Shown: positions 1-9,348 of the stretch, one piece after another
How the letters are laid out: each line of letters opens with the position of its first letter
Numbering within the stretch: position 1 is the stretch's first letter
Source: a virus
Lineage: Duplodnaviria > Caudoviricetes
DNA length: 57,903 nt
Strand: one strand, 5' to 3'
Virus record (IMG/VR): IMGVR_UViG_3300017828_000001
Coordinates: 1-57,903 of that record
Notes under the pieces: generated by a model
What the model saw: the letters and a program-made list of their open reading frames with translations, nothing else
Databases searched by the model: none
What the model was told of the DNA's origin: nothing
Made by a program: the position numbers and the translations under genes

Positions 1-741
1 ACTTTTTTTTTGGTAGTAGATTCTTAGATTTTCACAGAAAATCTTTCGGTAGTGGTTTCAGAGTGAAACCACGACATTACTGTGAGTTATTTGCTCTCAG
101 TCGCGTCAGATTACGTCATAAGCGGTTTTTGATTCAATACGGTGGAAACCACTTACAGATAGATAGAATCTCTTAGCACGTATTCTAAGGCTATGTGTGG
201 CATATCAGTAATGGGGCTTCACCTATTTGGTAGTGCTATAGGTGTTTATCTGATAACACATTGAATCATATCAGATAGATAGAAAACACTATTTACTGTT
301 TTGTCGATCCGAGTTTTGATTGAATAGTGTTAGTTTTCATACTGTTTTGTGAATAGCTCCAGATAGTTGTTAGGCGGTTTAGTTGGGTGGGATATGCCAC
401 TTACGTAATACTTCAATGGGGTAATTCGGTTAGTAAATGGGGTTAATCGGTTATGCCGACAAAAATTACCTGTAGTAATACCCACTAACCTCACTAAACC
501 GCCATGACTTACGTGAGATAATGTACACATTTGTACATCAAAAGCCAAAAATCCCCATTAGGGCGCATATGTGGGTTAGGAGTTAATGTAAAATCGCCAA
601 AATTTAGATTAGGGCGTTTGGGTATGCACACACCCGCGTTATGCACAGTGGTAATACGGTATGATGGGTATGTCATTATAGATAATGAAGAATAGTGATC
701 TCCGAATCATAATGAACAATAATGAAGGTTGTCGATCCTCG

Positions 742-793
742 AATTAACTCGGTTACGTAGCTGAGTAAATTAACTGAGTTACGTAGCTGAGTA
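742..793. repeat. Tandem 26-bp repeat (2 copies, 2 mismatches)
   Basis: aattaactcggttacgtagctgagta (742-767) followed by aattaactgagttacgtagctgagta (768-793). Confidence 0.9.
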
Positions 794-853
794 AACGCCA
801 GTTTTGCAGTAACCCTAACCTTTAATACAATACGGAATAACAGTCTAATCGCA

Positions 854-1018
854 ATGTCAAGCAACAAAACGACTATCCAATACGATTACACTGATCCAGC
901 TTCGGAAGTCGAATTGATACAAGAGAACGGCGGTTGTGTCATTGAAGTGAGAGAAGATGGTAAATTTATTGGGTACGTGTTCATGGACGAAATCGCAAAG
1001 TTAGCTAAAGAAAAATAA
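854..1018 (+). CDS. Small hypothetical protein (54 aa, not in ORF track)
   Basis: ATG..TAA, MSSNKTTIQYDYTDPASEVELIQ...; acidic; CTTTAATA TATA-like element upstream and T-run downstream. Confidence 0.6.
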   Translation: MSSNKTTIQYDYTDPASEVELIQENGGCVIEVREDGKFIGYVFMDEIAKLAKEK

Positions 1019-1145
1019 CTCAAGCATCATTTTTTTTGTCGATCCTATTCTTCATTATTGTTCATTACATAGCACCTAAGTATAAACACTTATGTAGGTG
1101 GAGCCTCAAGTAAAGCACGTAGTAGGCACCTAACGCCGAATCATG

Positions 1146-1305
1146 TTCGACCACACTACGAGGGTTTTACCGACACCCTACAACCTTGAAACGCCGTAGT
1201 GTTTGAATCAAGTCTGGTACGTAGTGGGTACGGGTTGAACCACTAACGCACTAAGAGACTCACAAAGGCCGCATAACACGCATAAGCCCCGAACGTGAGA
1301 CTTAG
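1146..1305 (+). ncRNA. Candidate structured non-coding RNA
   Basis: Nested stems acactacg/cgtagtgt, agggt/accct, cgtagtgg/ccactaacg, ctaag-ctcac/gtgag-cttag; no credible ORF; strand uncertain. Confidence 0.35.
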
Positions 1306-1444
1306 ATATAAACCGTAGTAGTATCGCCACACAAGGCTCCAAAGGCCGACGTAGTACGTAAGACACAAGAAATACAGTCGTCGTGATTAGCTGAAAACTA
1401 TGCGACTCAATCACGATAAATAACCAGCTACACTGATCATAACA

Positions 1445-1603
1445 ATGAGTTTAAAATGTGAACACTGTGGTATTGAAGCCACATACTCTGATGCCAACAT
1501 TATGAAAATTCGAGATGTAACGTGTGAAGAAAATACCGAAACGCGGGAAGCTAATGGGTGGGAATACACCATTGAAAAAGACCACAATTGGGTAGAACAA
1601 TGA
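1445..1603 (+). CDS. Small CxxC-containing protein (52 aa)
   Basis: MSLKCEHCG...; its stop overlaps the next start (ATGA). Confidence 0.65.
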   Translation: MSLKCEHCGIEATYSDANIMKIRDVTCEENTETREANGWEYTIEKDHNWVEQ

Positions 1604-2130
1604 CATGGACAAACACAGACATCAAGAGGGTTGTGGGCAAGTGGTACGACAGACAGCCAAAACAGCAGTCTGACGACATACAGACCGCATACAATCAAAT
1701 AGCTACCATCAATGAAGCATGGTTCGATCTAATTCCCATTGAAGTGATATTTCAGTCGGACGACCCATATGATTCCTACATTGACATGAAAGAGACAGTC
1801 GAACGTGAAGGTAAACTAAGAGTTTTCAATGGTGGTTCCGATCCTAAGTTCATGTCAAAACAGCAAAACATCAAAGGCCGAGCAGTGCATGATTACTGGG
1901 GACACCTATCAGCAGACTGTGACTTTTCAATGAGAGGTGAACTACAAAAGTGGTCACATGTGAAAGACCACTATCCAAAAGAGGCACATAGTTTACTATT
2001 TACAGAAATAGTAGGGCAAAGGGCGGCAGTGTCGTATTATGATGGGTTTGAAGATGACAGATTTGTACAAAAAGCAGTAAGAGCCCCACAGTGGCTTATC
2101 GATCTAACATGTGAGTTTTATAATATGTAG
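1600..2130 (+). CDS. Hypothetical protein with RAVHDxxGH motif (possible metal-binding, zincin-like)
   Basis: Start set at the ATGA overlap; motifs RAVHDYWGH, FSMRGE, FTEIVGQ. Confidence 0.75.
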   Translation: MTWTNTDIKRVVGKWYDRQPKQQSDDIQTAYNQIATINEAWFDLIPIEVIFQSDDPYDSYIDMKETVEREGKLRVFNGGSDPKFMSKQQNIKGRAVHDYWGHLSADCDFSMRGELQKWSHVKDHYPKEAHSLLFTEIVGQRAAVSYYDGFEDDRFVQKAVRAPQWLIDLTCEFYNM

Positions 2131-2661
2131 TTGGTGCCTCCCGTCGAAAGTAGGTAGATTGGTCAGATTTTATACAGGTGGTAGGGGTGCATAAATGCCT
2201 GCTCTGTGTTTGAAAACAATATATTATATATGCGCCGACCCCACCACCACAGTAAAAATTATTATTTTTGTGAGACAGTTTTGACTCAAATTTACGGCCA
2301 AATTTTCTATTAGGAGGTCACGTAGTTGCAAAAAGACAATACGTTTGTAAAAGTGTTCGCAAACTCGCAACAACGTGATGTCAGTTAACCTACATGACCC
2401 CACTACCGAAATGGGTCGGAGCAATCATAGACAACGCCGTGTTGCGGGCACACAAGTTTGCAGTGCCGCTTAATCAACTCACAATCGCATTGTGGACAGC
2501 CTTTAGGGTTCACAAAACTTTACTAAACTCTTCACCACACGATTTGCACTTATAAAGACCCCACTGATCTTCCACGGACGCTTTTACTACCTTATACACG
2601 TCAGTATTGTATATTTTTGCCTCTACGCCACAACCGTCACATTTTTGTGTATATTTATTGC

Positions 2662-3057
2662 TCATGTTACTCCACTGTGAACAATTCCATGACAGTCCTC
2701 ACAGAGCGTTATGAGGTTGCTCTTTGCATTCGAGCCGCCTGCTCCAAGCGGAACAATGTGATGAACGTGTAGCTGTCTGTTATCAGCACCACAACTTCGA
2801 CATTGGTAATTGTCTCGCTTTTTAATTGCCTCTCGCTTGGACTCCCAATCGTCTGGATAGTCTAACATCGTGACAGAACCCAAGAACTCTTTGTATGGTT
2901 CGTCAAATATATCCGACGATGTTGAAACGACACCCGCGTTATCTCGGCCAGTTACTTTCCGAAACCAGACATTATTCAGTTCGTCTCTGTTAACTGTTAA
3001 CACTTCACCATACTCGTCGTGGTTATAAACGTTACCAAGTCGAATACGTTGGCTCAT
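2662..3057 (-). CDS. HNH endonuclease
   Basis: RDNYQCRSCG...LHVHHIVPLGAGGSNAKSNLITLCEDCH. Confidence 0.92.
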   Translation of the reverse strand: MSQRIRLGNVYNHDEYGEVLTVNRDELNNVWFRKVTGRDNAGVVSTSSDIFDEPYKEFLGSVTMLDYPDDWESKREAIKKRDNYQCRSCGADNRQLHVHHIVPLGAGGSNAKSNLITLCEDCHGIVHSGVT

Positions 3058-3298
3058 ACATTAGTGATTCGTCATATCCAGCGTCTTTGAGGACATCCAT
3101 CATACGTTGCTGTTTTTCAATCTCTTCTGTAAGTCGTTCTAATTGATTCTGTTGAAACTCAAACACTTGACGCCATTCAAGTGCCTCTTTTGCGGCACGG
3201 ACTTGATGCTCTTCAACGTTGTCTGACAGCCCGAAAACAACGTGGTGTCCGTTAACGTGCGTGACTCCAACATCTTCTGTTAGTATTTCAGTCCACAC
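3032..3298 (-). CDS. Hypothetical coiled-coil protein
   Basis: Acidic ORF overlapping the HNH gene; promoter-like repeat upstream. Confidence 0.6.
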   Translation of the reverse strand: MWTEILTEDVGVTHVNGHHVVFGLSDNVEEHQVRAAKEALEWRQVFEFQQNQLERLTEEIEKQQRMMDVLKDAGYDESLMYEPTYSTW

Positions 3299-3305
3299 AA
3301 CACAT

Positions 3306-3342
3306 CCCTTCTACTATAGTATAGATGCTGTACGTACTTAAC
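3306..3342 (-). repeat. 37-bp dispersed repeat, copy 1 (promoter-like, GTTAAGTA on minus strand)
   Basis: cccttctactatagtatagatgctgtacgtacttaac; matches 21402-21438 at 36/37. Confidence 0.85.
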
Positions 3343-3344
3343 AA

Positions 3345-3527
3345 TTACGGCCATGTTGGTTCATCGTAGTTGACTACTGCTCTGGCACAATATGAACACT
3401 GTCTGTCTCGGAGTATATTACACGAGACAAAATCGGGATGCGTCACAGAAATATTACGCTCGTAGTTCTCAACAAAGTCGTGGTACTTTTCACGCCGCTG
3501 CCAAAACCGACCTTCTGCAAGCGACAT
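3345..3527 (-). CDS. Small Cys/His-containing protein
   Basis: HPDFVSC...CSYC; ACTACTAA motif upstream on the minus strand. Confidence 0.55.
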   Translation of the reverse strand: MSLAEGRFWQRREKYHDFVENYERNISVTHPDFVSCNILRDRQCSYCARAVVNYDEPTWP

Positions 3528-3716
3528 ACATATGATTAGTAGTTATTAACAGATAAGTGTTGGGATGTGTTGGTTTAGTGATGAGTTGCTCAGTTGGGGT
3601 TTTGTGTATCCCTAAAAACGGGGAGCGGGGTGGTGCGATACTGAACCAACTATGCCCCACCGCAGTAATGTGTCCAAACATTTAAATAACTGTGGCTCAT
3701 AGTATCAAGTAGCACA

Positions 3717-4274
3717 ATGGTAGAAGAAGAACTATTGTATCGAGGAAAAGGCGGTGGAAGCCGCAGCGAAATAGGAGATGAAATGGTCACATCTGAGTGG
3801 TCGAGTAAAGACAAACGTGCTGGAACACACACAACCTACTATGCGTCTGACGTTGATGACTTAGATGTATCACAGAGGCGTAAGAAAGACCTCAAGCGGA
3901 TTCTTCGACTCCAAGAGGGTGAGCATCAAAACTCATCAAAATACAAAGACAGAAGCGCACAAAACCGCATAGAAGACCAACGCCGCTGGATTGACTCGTT
4001 TGCATCACAGTTGGATATGGCAGCCTCACAGAAAGAACGTATTAAACATCTTGTTATTGATGTGTTTGATCTCCGTAGCTATGGCCCATATGCAAGCGAG
4101 CAGATTATTCTTGCAGTGATTAACGTCGTGGCACGGGAACAGGGTCGGTTTATTGAGGATGAAGATGGGTTTGAAAATTTGATGGCCGACGTAGAAATCA
4201 CACACGAAGACGGTAAGCCAGACAAAGACACTATGCGCCGCCTTCGAGAACTGACCCGTGACCGTATGCCATAA
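3717..4274 (+). CDS. TFB/TFIIB-like protein (single cyclin-fold repeat, no zinc ribbon)
   Basis: RILRLQ...RSAQNR...IDSFASQLDM...KERIKHL...EQIILAVINVVAREQGR resembles the TFB linker plus first core repeat. Confidence 0.6.
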   Translation: MVEEELLYRGKGGGSRSEIGDEMVTSEWSSKDKRAGTHTTYYASDVDDLDVSQRRKKDLKRILRLQEGEHQNSSKYKDRSAQNRIEDQRRWIDSFASQLDMAASQKERIKHLVIDVFDLRSYGPYASEQIILAVINVVAREQGRFIEDEDGFENLMADVEITHEDGKPDKDTMRRLRELTRDRMP

Positions 4275-4413
4275 CATTTTATAACGCGAAACGACCCACT
4301 ACTAAAAATACGAAGCAGTAGTTCCACAGTGAACGCTGCTTCGCTTCGTCAGTTGTGTGGGAAGCAGCCGACGATGCTCCGCCTCTGCACACCCGTTTTT
4401 ACGCTACATTCAT

Positions 4414-5346
4414 ATGTCTGATAAAACACAAGAAGAACTGCGAGAGCAAGTCGCTGACTCTATTCCAGATGATGTGACACTTTTTGAGAGCGATGGCAAA
4501 ATTTACGGAACTGGCCCACACGGAGAGTTCCAAGTTGAACCAATGCGGGGCAGCGACGAACCTGTAGATGACAGATGTGGGTGGCCTGTCAAATACCACA
4601 TGGAGCGATATGGACAGGTTCGTTACTGTACGATGATGCCCGAAAAAACGTTTGTTGACGACGGTTCTGACTACTGTAGACACCACAAATGCGCTGAACA
4701 ACTTATGGAACAAGCACACGAACTTTTCAAACACGGCTACTTCGCAACGAACTACATCAACTTTGCTGAGAAACTCGATCCAGCAAAGTTCCTCTTTGCA
4801 GTAGAGATGGTTGGTGGTCTATTCGAGATGTCTGACCACGAGTTTGACCTCACTACTGAGCAACGAATTATCGAGACTGACGAATCTGATCTTATTGAGC
4901 AGAGTGAGATTGGTGTTGAACTACCAATCCCACAGAACGATTCACTGTCCGTCCAAGCAAACGAGCTTTGGACTGCTGCACTGAAAGAGGTGATGCAGCA
5001 AAATATGCAAGAGGCTATTTTCACTGAAGGAATGGAGAAAAAGACACTCGAAGCGTCTGAGGGTATGGAAGGTCAGATTACTGACACCCTTTATGGTGCT
5101 GACGAACACCATCTTCATCTACCACTGTCACGAGTTGCCAAAGACATTAAAGAACATCTCAAGAATGGTGGCGTTACCTTAGACGACGATGACGGCGGCA
5201 TTGTGACGTTCCAGCGCAATGACTACACGTTGGACGTGGAACCAAAAGAAATGGAATCTGACGCCGCTGAGGACTCCTCAGAGGTTGCTGGTGAGTTCTC
5301 CGAGTATCTTGAGTCAGAAGAAGCCGCTGAAATTGAAGTAGAATAA
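4414..5346 (+). CDS. Probable terminase small subunit
   Basis: Directly upstream of TerL; RCG..YC..YCRHH..KHGYFA pattern; start moved to the ATG at 4414. Confidence 0.6.
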   Translation: MSDKTQEELREQVADSIPDDVTLFESDGKIYGTGPHGEFQVEPMRGSDEPVDDRCGWPVKYHMERYGQVRYCTMMPEKTFVDDGSDYCRHHKCAEQLMEQAHELFKHGYFATNYINFAEKLDPAKFLFAVEMVGGLFEMSDHEFDLTTEQRIIETDESDLIEQSEIGVELPIPQNDSLSVQANELWTAALKEVMQQNMQEAIFTEGMEKKTLEASEGMEGQITDTLYGADEHHLHLPLSRVAKDIKEHLKNGGVTLDDDDGGIVTFQRNDYTLDVEPKEMESDAAEDSSEVAGEFSEYLESEEAAEIEVE

Positions 5347-5348
5347 CA

Positions 5349-7130
5349 ATGGGGCTTTGGGACAACGCACCATCGGAGTTGAAGCGTCGATTGCCACATG
5401 ACATTCGGCTATACATGCGTAACGCATGGACACACCCGAATGACCCCACTCGTGAGTACGACTTCTACGGCGATGACGGCGATGAGTACCTCCATTATCT
5501 TGCCGACGACGATGGCCCGCTTGTTCCAGAAAATTGGGGTGACATTGTAATCCTTAACTTTGCGCGTGGCTGTCTCAAGACGACGACGGCTGTTGCTGCT
5601 GCGGATTGGTCAGTTAGTCAGTTTCCGATGATTGAGGCTGACATTACTGCACCACGCCAAGAGCAGTTCAGTGAGGTGATGGATAGATTTAAAGGTGCTA
5701 TCAAAAACAGTGGCATGGCACAACTCCGTAGCAAAAACAACATTAGCCATCAGAAGTTTGAGAGACAACTTGAAAAAGACAACGGAGAAACCGTCCACGT
5801 CGAGGCAGATGTAAAAGCCCGATCTGCGTGGGGTGATGGTGACGCACTTCGTGGCCTACACGGACATCTTGGTATCATTGACGAGTTCCAAGATGTAGAC
5901 GAGTCAATGTTTTCGACTTTTCTCGAAGCAGTTGACCAATCTGTACCTCAAGTTCCGTACTTCCCCACAATTATTGTTATTGGAACACCAAAAATGGGTA
6001 ACTCATTTTTCCACGATTTGTGGAAAATGTCAGACCAAAAAACGTGGGATGATGACGAACTTGCGTGGGTTGAGCAGTCTGATGCAGACGAGTTTATTCC
6101 AACTGAACTTGAAAAACAACGTGAGGAACTTCGCCACGAAGTTGCACAACTGAAAGACCTTCGTGAAAACGATGACGTTGATCAAGCCGCCCTCGAAGCA
6201 GAGATTGAAACCAAACAGTCTGCTATCGACAAGATAGAGGGCTACACTGTTACGGGCTGGCACATTGATCAGTATTCTTCACCACTCCACGACGACGCTA
6301 AGATTGAGTTCAAACGTCAAAAATACTCAGAAAAGAAGTTCAAAAACGAAGTGCTTGCTGAGTTCTACACGCCAGAAAACGATCTGCTGGCTGATGAACA
6401 CGTTGAAGAGGCGTTTGACCCCGAACACGGCTTTGCGAGCCGACGCACCTACGAGGACAGCACGGTAGTTGTTGGCGTAGATTGGGGTGGCGGCAGTGCT
6501 GAAGGTGCTTCAGATACAGTCATTGTCGTGGGTGAACGCATCGAGATGGATGATGATTACACCATTGTTCTCCGCGACATTGAATTTGTTGACCCCGACC
6601 TCAATAAACAGGCAGAACTTGAAAAAGTTGAGGAGAAAATCCGTGACTTTGAGGCTGACCGCATCGCCGTAGACGAGGGGTATGGTGCAAAGCAGCGTGA
6701 AGATTTACAAGAAGGAAACAACATCTGGAACACAGATGGATACGATAACGTCTGTGGAATCATTTACGGAAATATTAAAGACAAAGACGAGCCAAAGTTT
6801 TCAGACAGTGGGTTTGAAGACTCTTCGTACTGCACTGTGGCCCGCACTCACATGATTGAAAACATGGTGAGTGACTTTAAGGCTGGCCGTATTGACATTC
6901 CAGCAGCCGACCTTTCTGACGGTCGTGAAGGGACTGAACAGAAAGTTATTGACCAACTGACGGCTCCTTACACTGACCGCAAAGAAACGTCAGATGGAAA
7001 GAAAAAACTGAAGGTAATGGCTGACCGTAATGATGATGCGTTCCAAGCATTTGTCTACTTATGGATAGCCGCTGAGAAGTTCGGTTCTCGACGGACACTC
7101 AAAAAGATTGGAACACATAACAGAGGATAA
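5349..7130 (+). CDS. terL: Terminase large subunit
   Basis: Walker A-like ARGCLKTT, Walker B IIDEFQD, motif III GTP, nuclease GVDWG and DDAFQA. Confidence 0.92.
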   Translation: MGLWDNAPSELKRRLPHDIRLYMRNAWTHPNDPTREYDFYGDDGDEYLHYLADDDGPLVPENWGDIVILNFARGCLKTTTAVAAADWSVSQFPMIEADITAPRQEQFSEVMDRFKGAIKNSGMAQLRSKNNISHQKFERQLEKDNGETVHVEADVKARSAWGDGDALRGLHGHLGIIDEFQDVDESMFSTFLEAVDQSVPQVPYFPTIIVIGTPKMGNSFFHDLWKMSDQKTWDDDELAWVEQSDADEFIPTELEKQREELRHEVAQLKDLRENDDVDQAALEAEIETKQSAIDKIEGYTVTGWHIDQYSSPLHDDAKIEFKRQKYSEKKFKNEVLAEFYTPENDLLADEHVEEAFDPEHGFASRRTYEDSTVVVGVDWGGGSAEGASDTVIVVGERIEMDDDYTIVLRDIEFVDPDLNKQAELEKVEEKIRDFEADRIAVDEGYGAKQREDLQEGNNIWNTDGYDNVCGIIYGNIKDKDEPKFSDSGFEDSSYCTVARTHMIENMVSDFKAGRIDIPAADLSDGREGTEQKVIDQLTAPYTDRKETSDGKKKLKVMADRNDDAFQAFVYLWIAAEKFGSRRTLKKIGTHNRG

Positions 7131-7135
7131 TACAT

Positions 7136-8806
7136 ATGACAGACAATTTTGATGTTGACGTTTCTAATGACTCAACAACCTCGTTTGAGTTGAGTGAGGT
7201 GTCGGCAAACACATACTCTGAACTATCAGAGCAACGCACAGCGGGTGTCGGGACGCAAACTGGCGACTCTTCGGATGAGATTAATCCACGTCAGTTAATG
7301 GGCGACCCCCACATCAACGAATTGCGGTGGCTGTATCGAACGTCACTCGGAAAAACTATTGTCAATAAACCAGTAGAAGACTCATTTAAAAATGGGTACG
7401 AGATTACTGCTGATGGCGAACGTGACCCATCACAACTCTTAGATGACATTGGGTGGGAAGACCACTACAAACGTGCAAAAAAGAAAGCACGTCGTGATGG
7501 GTTTTCACTGTCGTTTTTTGTCCTTAACGATTCTTCGGAAGGAGTATGGGAAGACCCTGAAAAAGACAGTGTGATGGTTAACGGTATTAAGAAAATGGAA
7601 ACCATCACACTGGATGACATGGCACGGTACAAAACGAGCCACGGGGCTATTCCAGCGGGCGCGGAAGCTGACCCGATTGAAGACTTAGAGTACGACCAGT
7701 ATGAGATTCGGCCTACTGGTATTGTAATGGACACTGATTCTGAATCAGAAACATATAAAGAACCGCTTGGATACCTTATTGGCCCGCCAGAGTGGATTGA
7801 CAGTTCTAAAACACTTGAGCAAGTAAAGTTCCACCACGCTAATCGGTTTATTCATCACACTGTTAATGATGAAGTAGATGGAGACTTGGACGACGATTCG
7901 TTAGGTCGTTGGGAAGGAGATAGCGTCCTTGTGTCTATCTATCACCTACTTCGGGGACTAAAGAAAGGTAACTGGTCTATTATGCAGACCATTTTCCGAT
8001 ATGCGGCTAAGATGTACCATGTTGAACTTCCCAAAGACGCCGATGAAGACGATTGGGACAACGCCAATGACAACATGGTTAATCTTAATGCAAAGTCTGA
8101 ACTCATTACACCATCTGGTTATGAGATTGAGGATTTCCAGACAGATGGGCAACTTCAACCCGAAGAATACTTTGATGTGATTTTTGAGCAAGTGTGTGCC
8201 TCTGTTGAGATGACAAAAAGCGTACTGTTCGGCACACAGAGCGGTACTGTCAGCGGTTCCGAAACTGACATCAAAAACTACTTCAATAAAGTTGAGCGGA
8301 TGCGGCAGCGGGACATTGCCCCCGACATGCGGAGGTTTGCGTCAAAGGCAATTAGTCTCGTTGACTCTCGCACTGGCGACGACTACGATCTTGACTTTAC
8401 AGTTGATTGGGGGCCACTGTTCAAACTCTCTGAACTTGACAAAGCCGAACGGATTAGTCGAATCATGCAAACACTTGGCATGGCGATTAACGACTTTATC
8501 CTCACACCACAAGAGGCTCGCTCCATTCTCCAAGAAGAGTGGGCAGAAGCCGACATCAATTGGGAATCTGACTTCAGTGAAGAAGAACAGAACTTCTTAG
8601 AGACACTCAACGTGGCTCAAATGGGTGCCGAAGCAGCGTTGCCTGCTGATGAAAACAGCAAGATGCAAGGCAACCCACGTGTCGGACAAAACGGTGGCGG
8701 GCGTGAAGAAGGACAGAATGGTTCTTCACAGCAGCCCAATACAGATTCACTGACAGAACAAGAAGCAGAACTAATTGCAGAAAAAGTAATTGAGATGAAA
8801 AAATAA
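7136..8806 (+). CDS. Portal protein (DUF1073-like)
   Basis: Follows TerL; LYRT..IVNKPVED, G.SVL, LFGTQSG..SGSETDIKNY, WGPLF.LSE. Confidence 0.88.
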   Translation: MTDNFDVDVSNDSTTSFELSEVSANTYSELSEQRTAGVGTQTGDSSDEINPRQLMGDPHINELRWLYRTSLGKTIVNKPVEDSFKNGYEITADGERDPSQLLDDIGWEDHYKRAKKKARRDGFSLSFFVLNDSSEGVWEDPEKDSVMVNGIKKMETITLDDMARYKTSHGAIPAGAEADPIEDLEYDQYEIRPTGIVMDTDSESETYKEPLGYLIGPPEWIDSSKTLEQVKFHHANRFIHHTVNDEVDGDLDDDSLGRWEGDSVLVSIYHLLRGLKKGNWSIMQTIFRYAAKMYHVELPKDADEDDWDNANDNMVNLNAKSELITPSGYEIEDFQTDGQLQPEEYFDVIFEQVCASVEMTKSVLFGTQSGTVSGSETDIKNYFNKVERMRQRDIAPDMRRFASKAISLVDSRTGDDYDLDFTVDWGPLFKLSELDKAERISRIMQTLGMAINDFILTPQEARSILQEEWAEADINWESDFSEEEQNFLETLNVAQMGAEAALPADENSKMQGNPRVGQNGGGREEGQNGSSQQPNTDSLTEQEAELIAEKVIEMKK

Positions 8807-9309
8807 TGGTAGAATACGCATTTCCAGAAAAGTTTTTATTTAGTGCCATTGTTGATGGTGAAGCATATTATGTTCCCTATATGGAAAATGTCTCATCAAA
8901 TGGGAATATAAATCTCCACGTTAAAAACCCACATACTGATAAAATTATGTGGCTTGTTGGTATAACAATTTACTCTGAAGGCAATGTTGACTATTATTTA
9001 TATGATTCGTTTGATTCAATAACAAACGGTTCTGAAATAACTATTCAGAATGTGTTGATGGACAGTAGTGGGGAAGGAGAAACAGACTCAGGCCCATTTT
9101 CTGCGTATTCAAATAGTACATTTACATCTACAAACAATTTGGGTGTTCCTATTGGATTCACAATTGATAAAGGGCCTGCATCTTCAAACGTTATTGATTT
9201 TTTCCCATCAGCACTTGAACCATCAAGAGAGGTTGTAATTGAACTCGACAACCAAGATGATAGTCAAAATAAAGCACTGATTACAGTTTTGCTTGTGACA
9301 TCGTACTAA
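8806..9309 (+). CDS. Hypothetical beta-rich protein (AT-rich)
   Basis: TAATG coupling to the portal gene. Confidence 0.7.
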   Translation: MVEYAFPEKFLFSAIVDGEAYYVPYMENVSSNGNINLHVKNPHTDKIMWLVGITIYSEGNVDYYLYDSFDSITNGSEITIQNVLMDSSGEGETDSGPFSAYSNSTFTSTNNLGVPIGFTIDKGPASSNVIDFFPSALEPSREVVIELDNQDDSQNKALITVLLVTSY

Positions 9310-9320
9310 CTCTACGAAAA

Positions 9321-9333
9321 ACTACTAATAACA
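9321..9333 (+). promoter_or_regulatory. Candidate late promoter motif ACTACTAATAACA
   Basis: 28 nt before ATG 9349; identical copies at 12619, 20591, 21519. Confidence 0.65.
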
Positions 9334-9348
9334 GGAATAAAACAACTT

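Noticed and set aside
1-60. Direct or inverted terminal repeats with the right end
   Set aside because: The first and last bases show no overlap or complementarity; genome completeness cannot be shown
330-867. Short minus-strand ORFs in the left end
   Set aside because: Non-ATG starts, non-acidic composition, located within the repeat region
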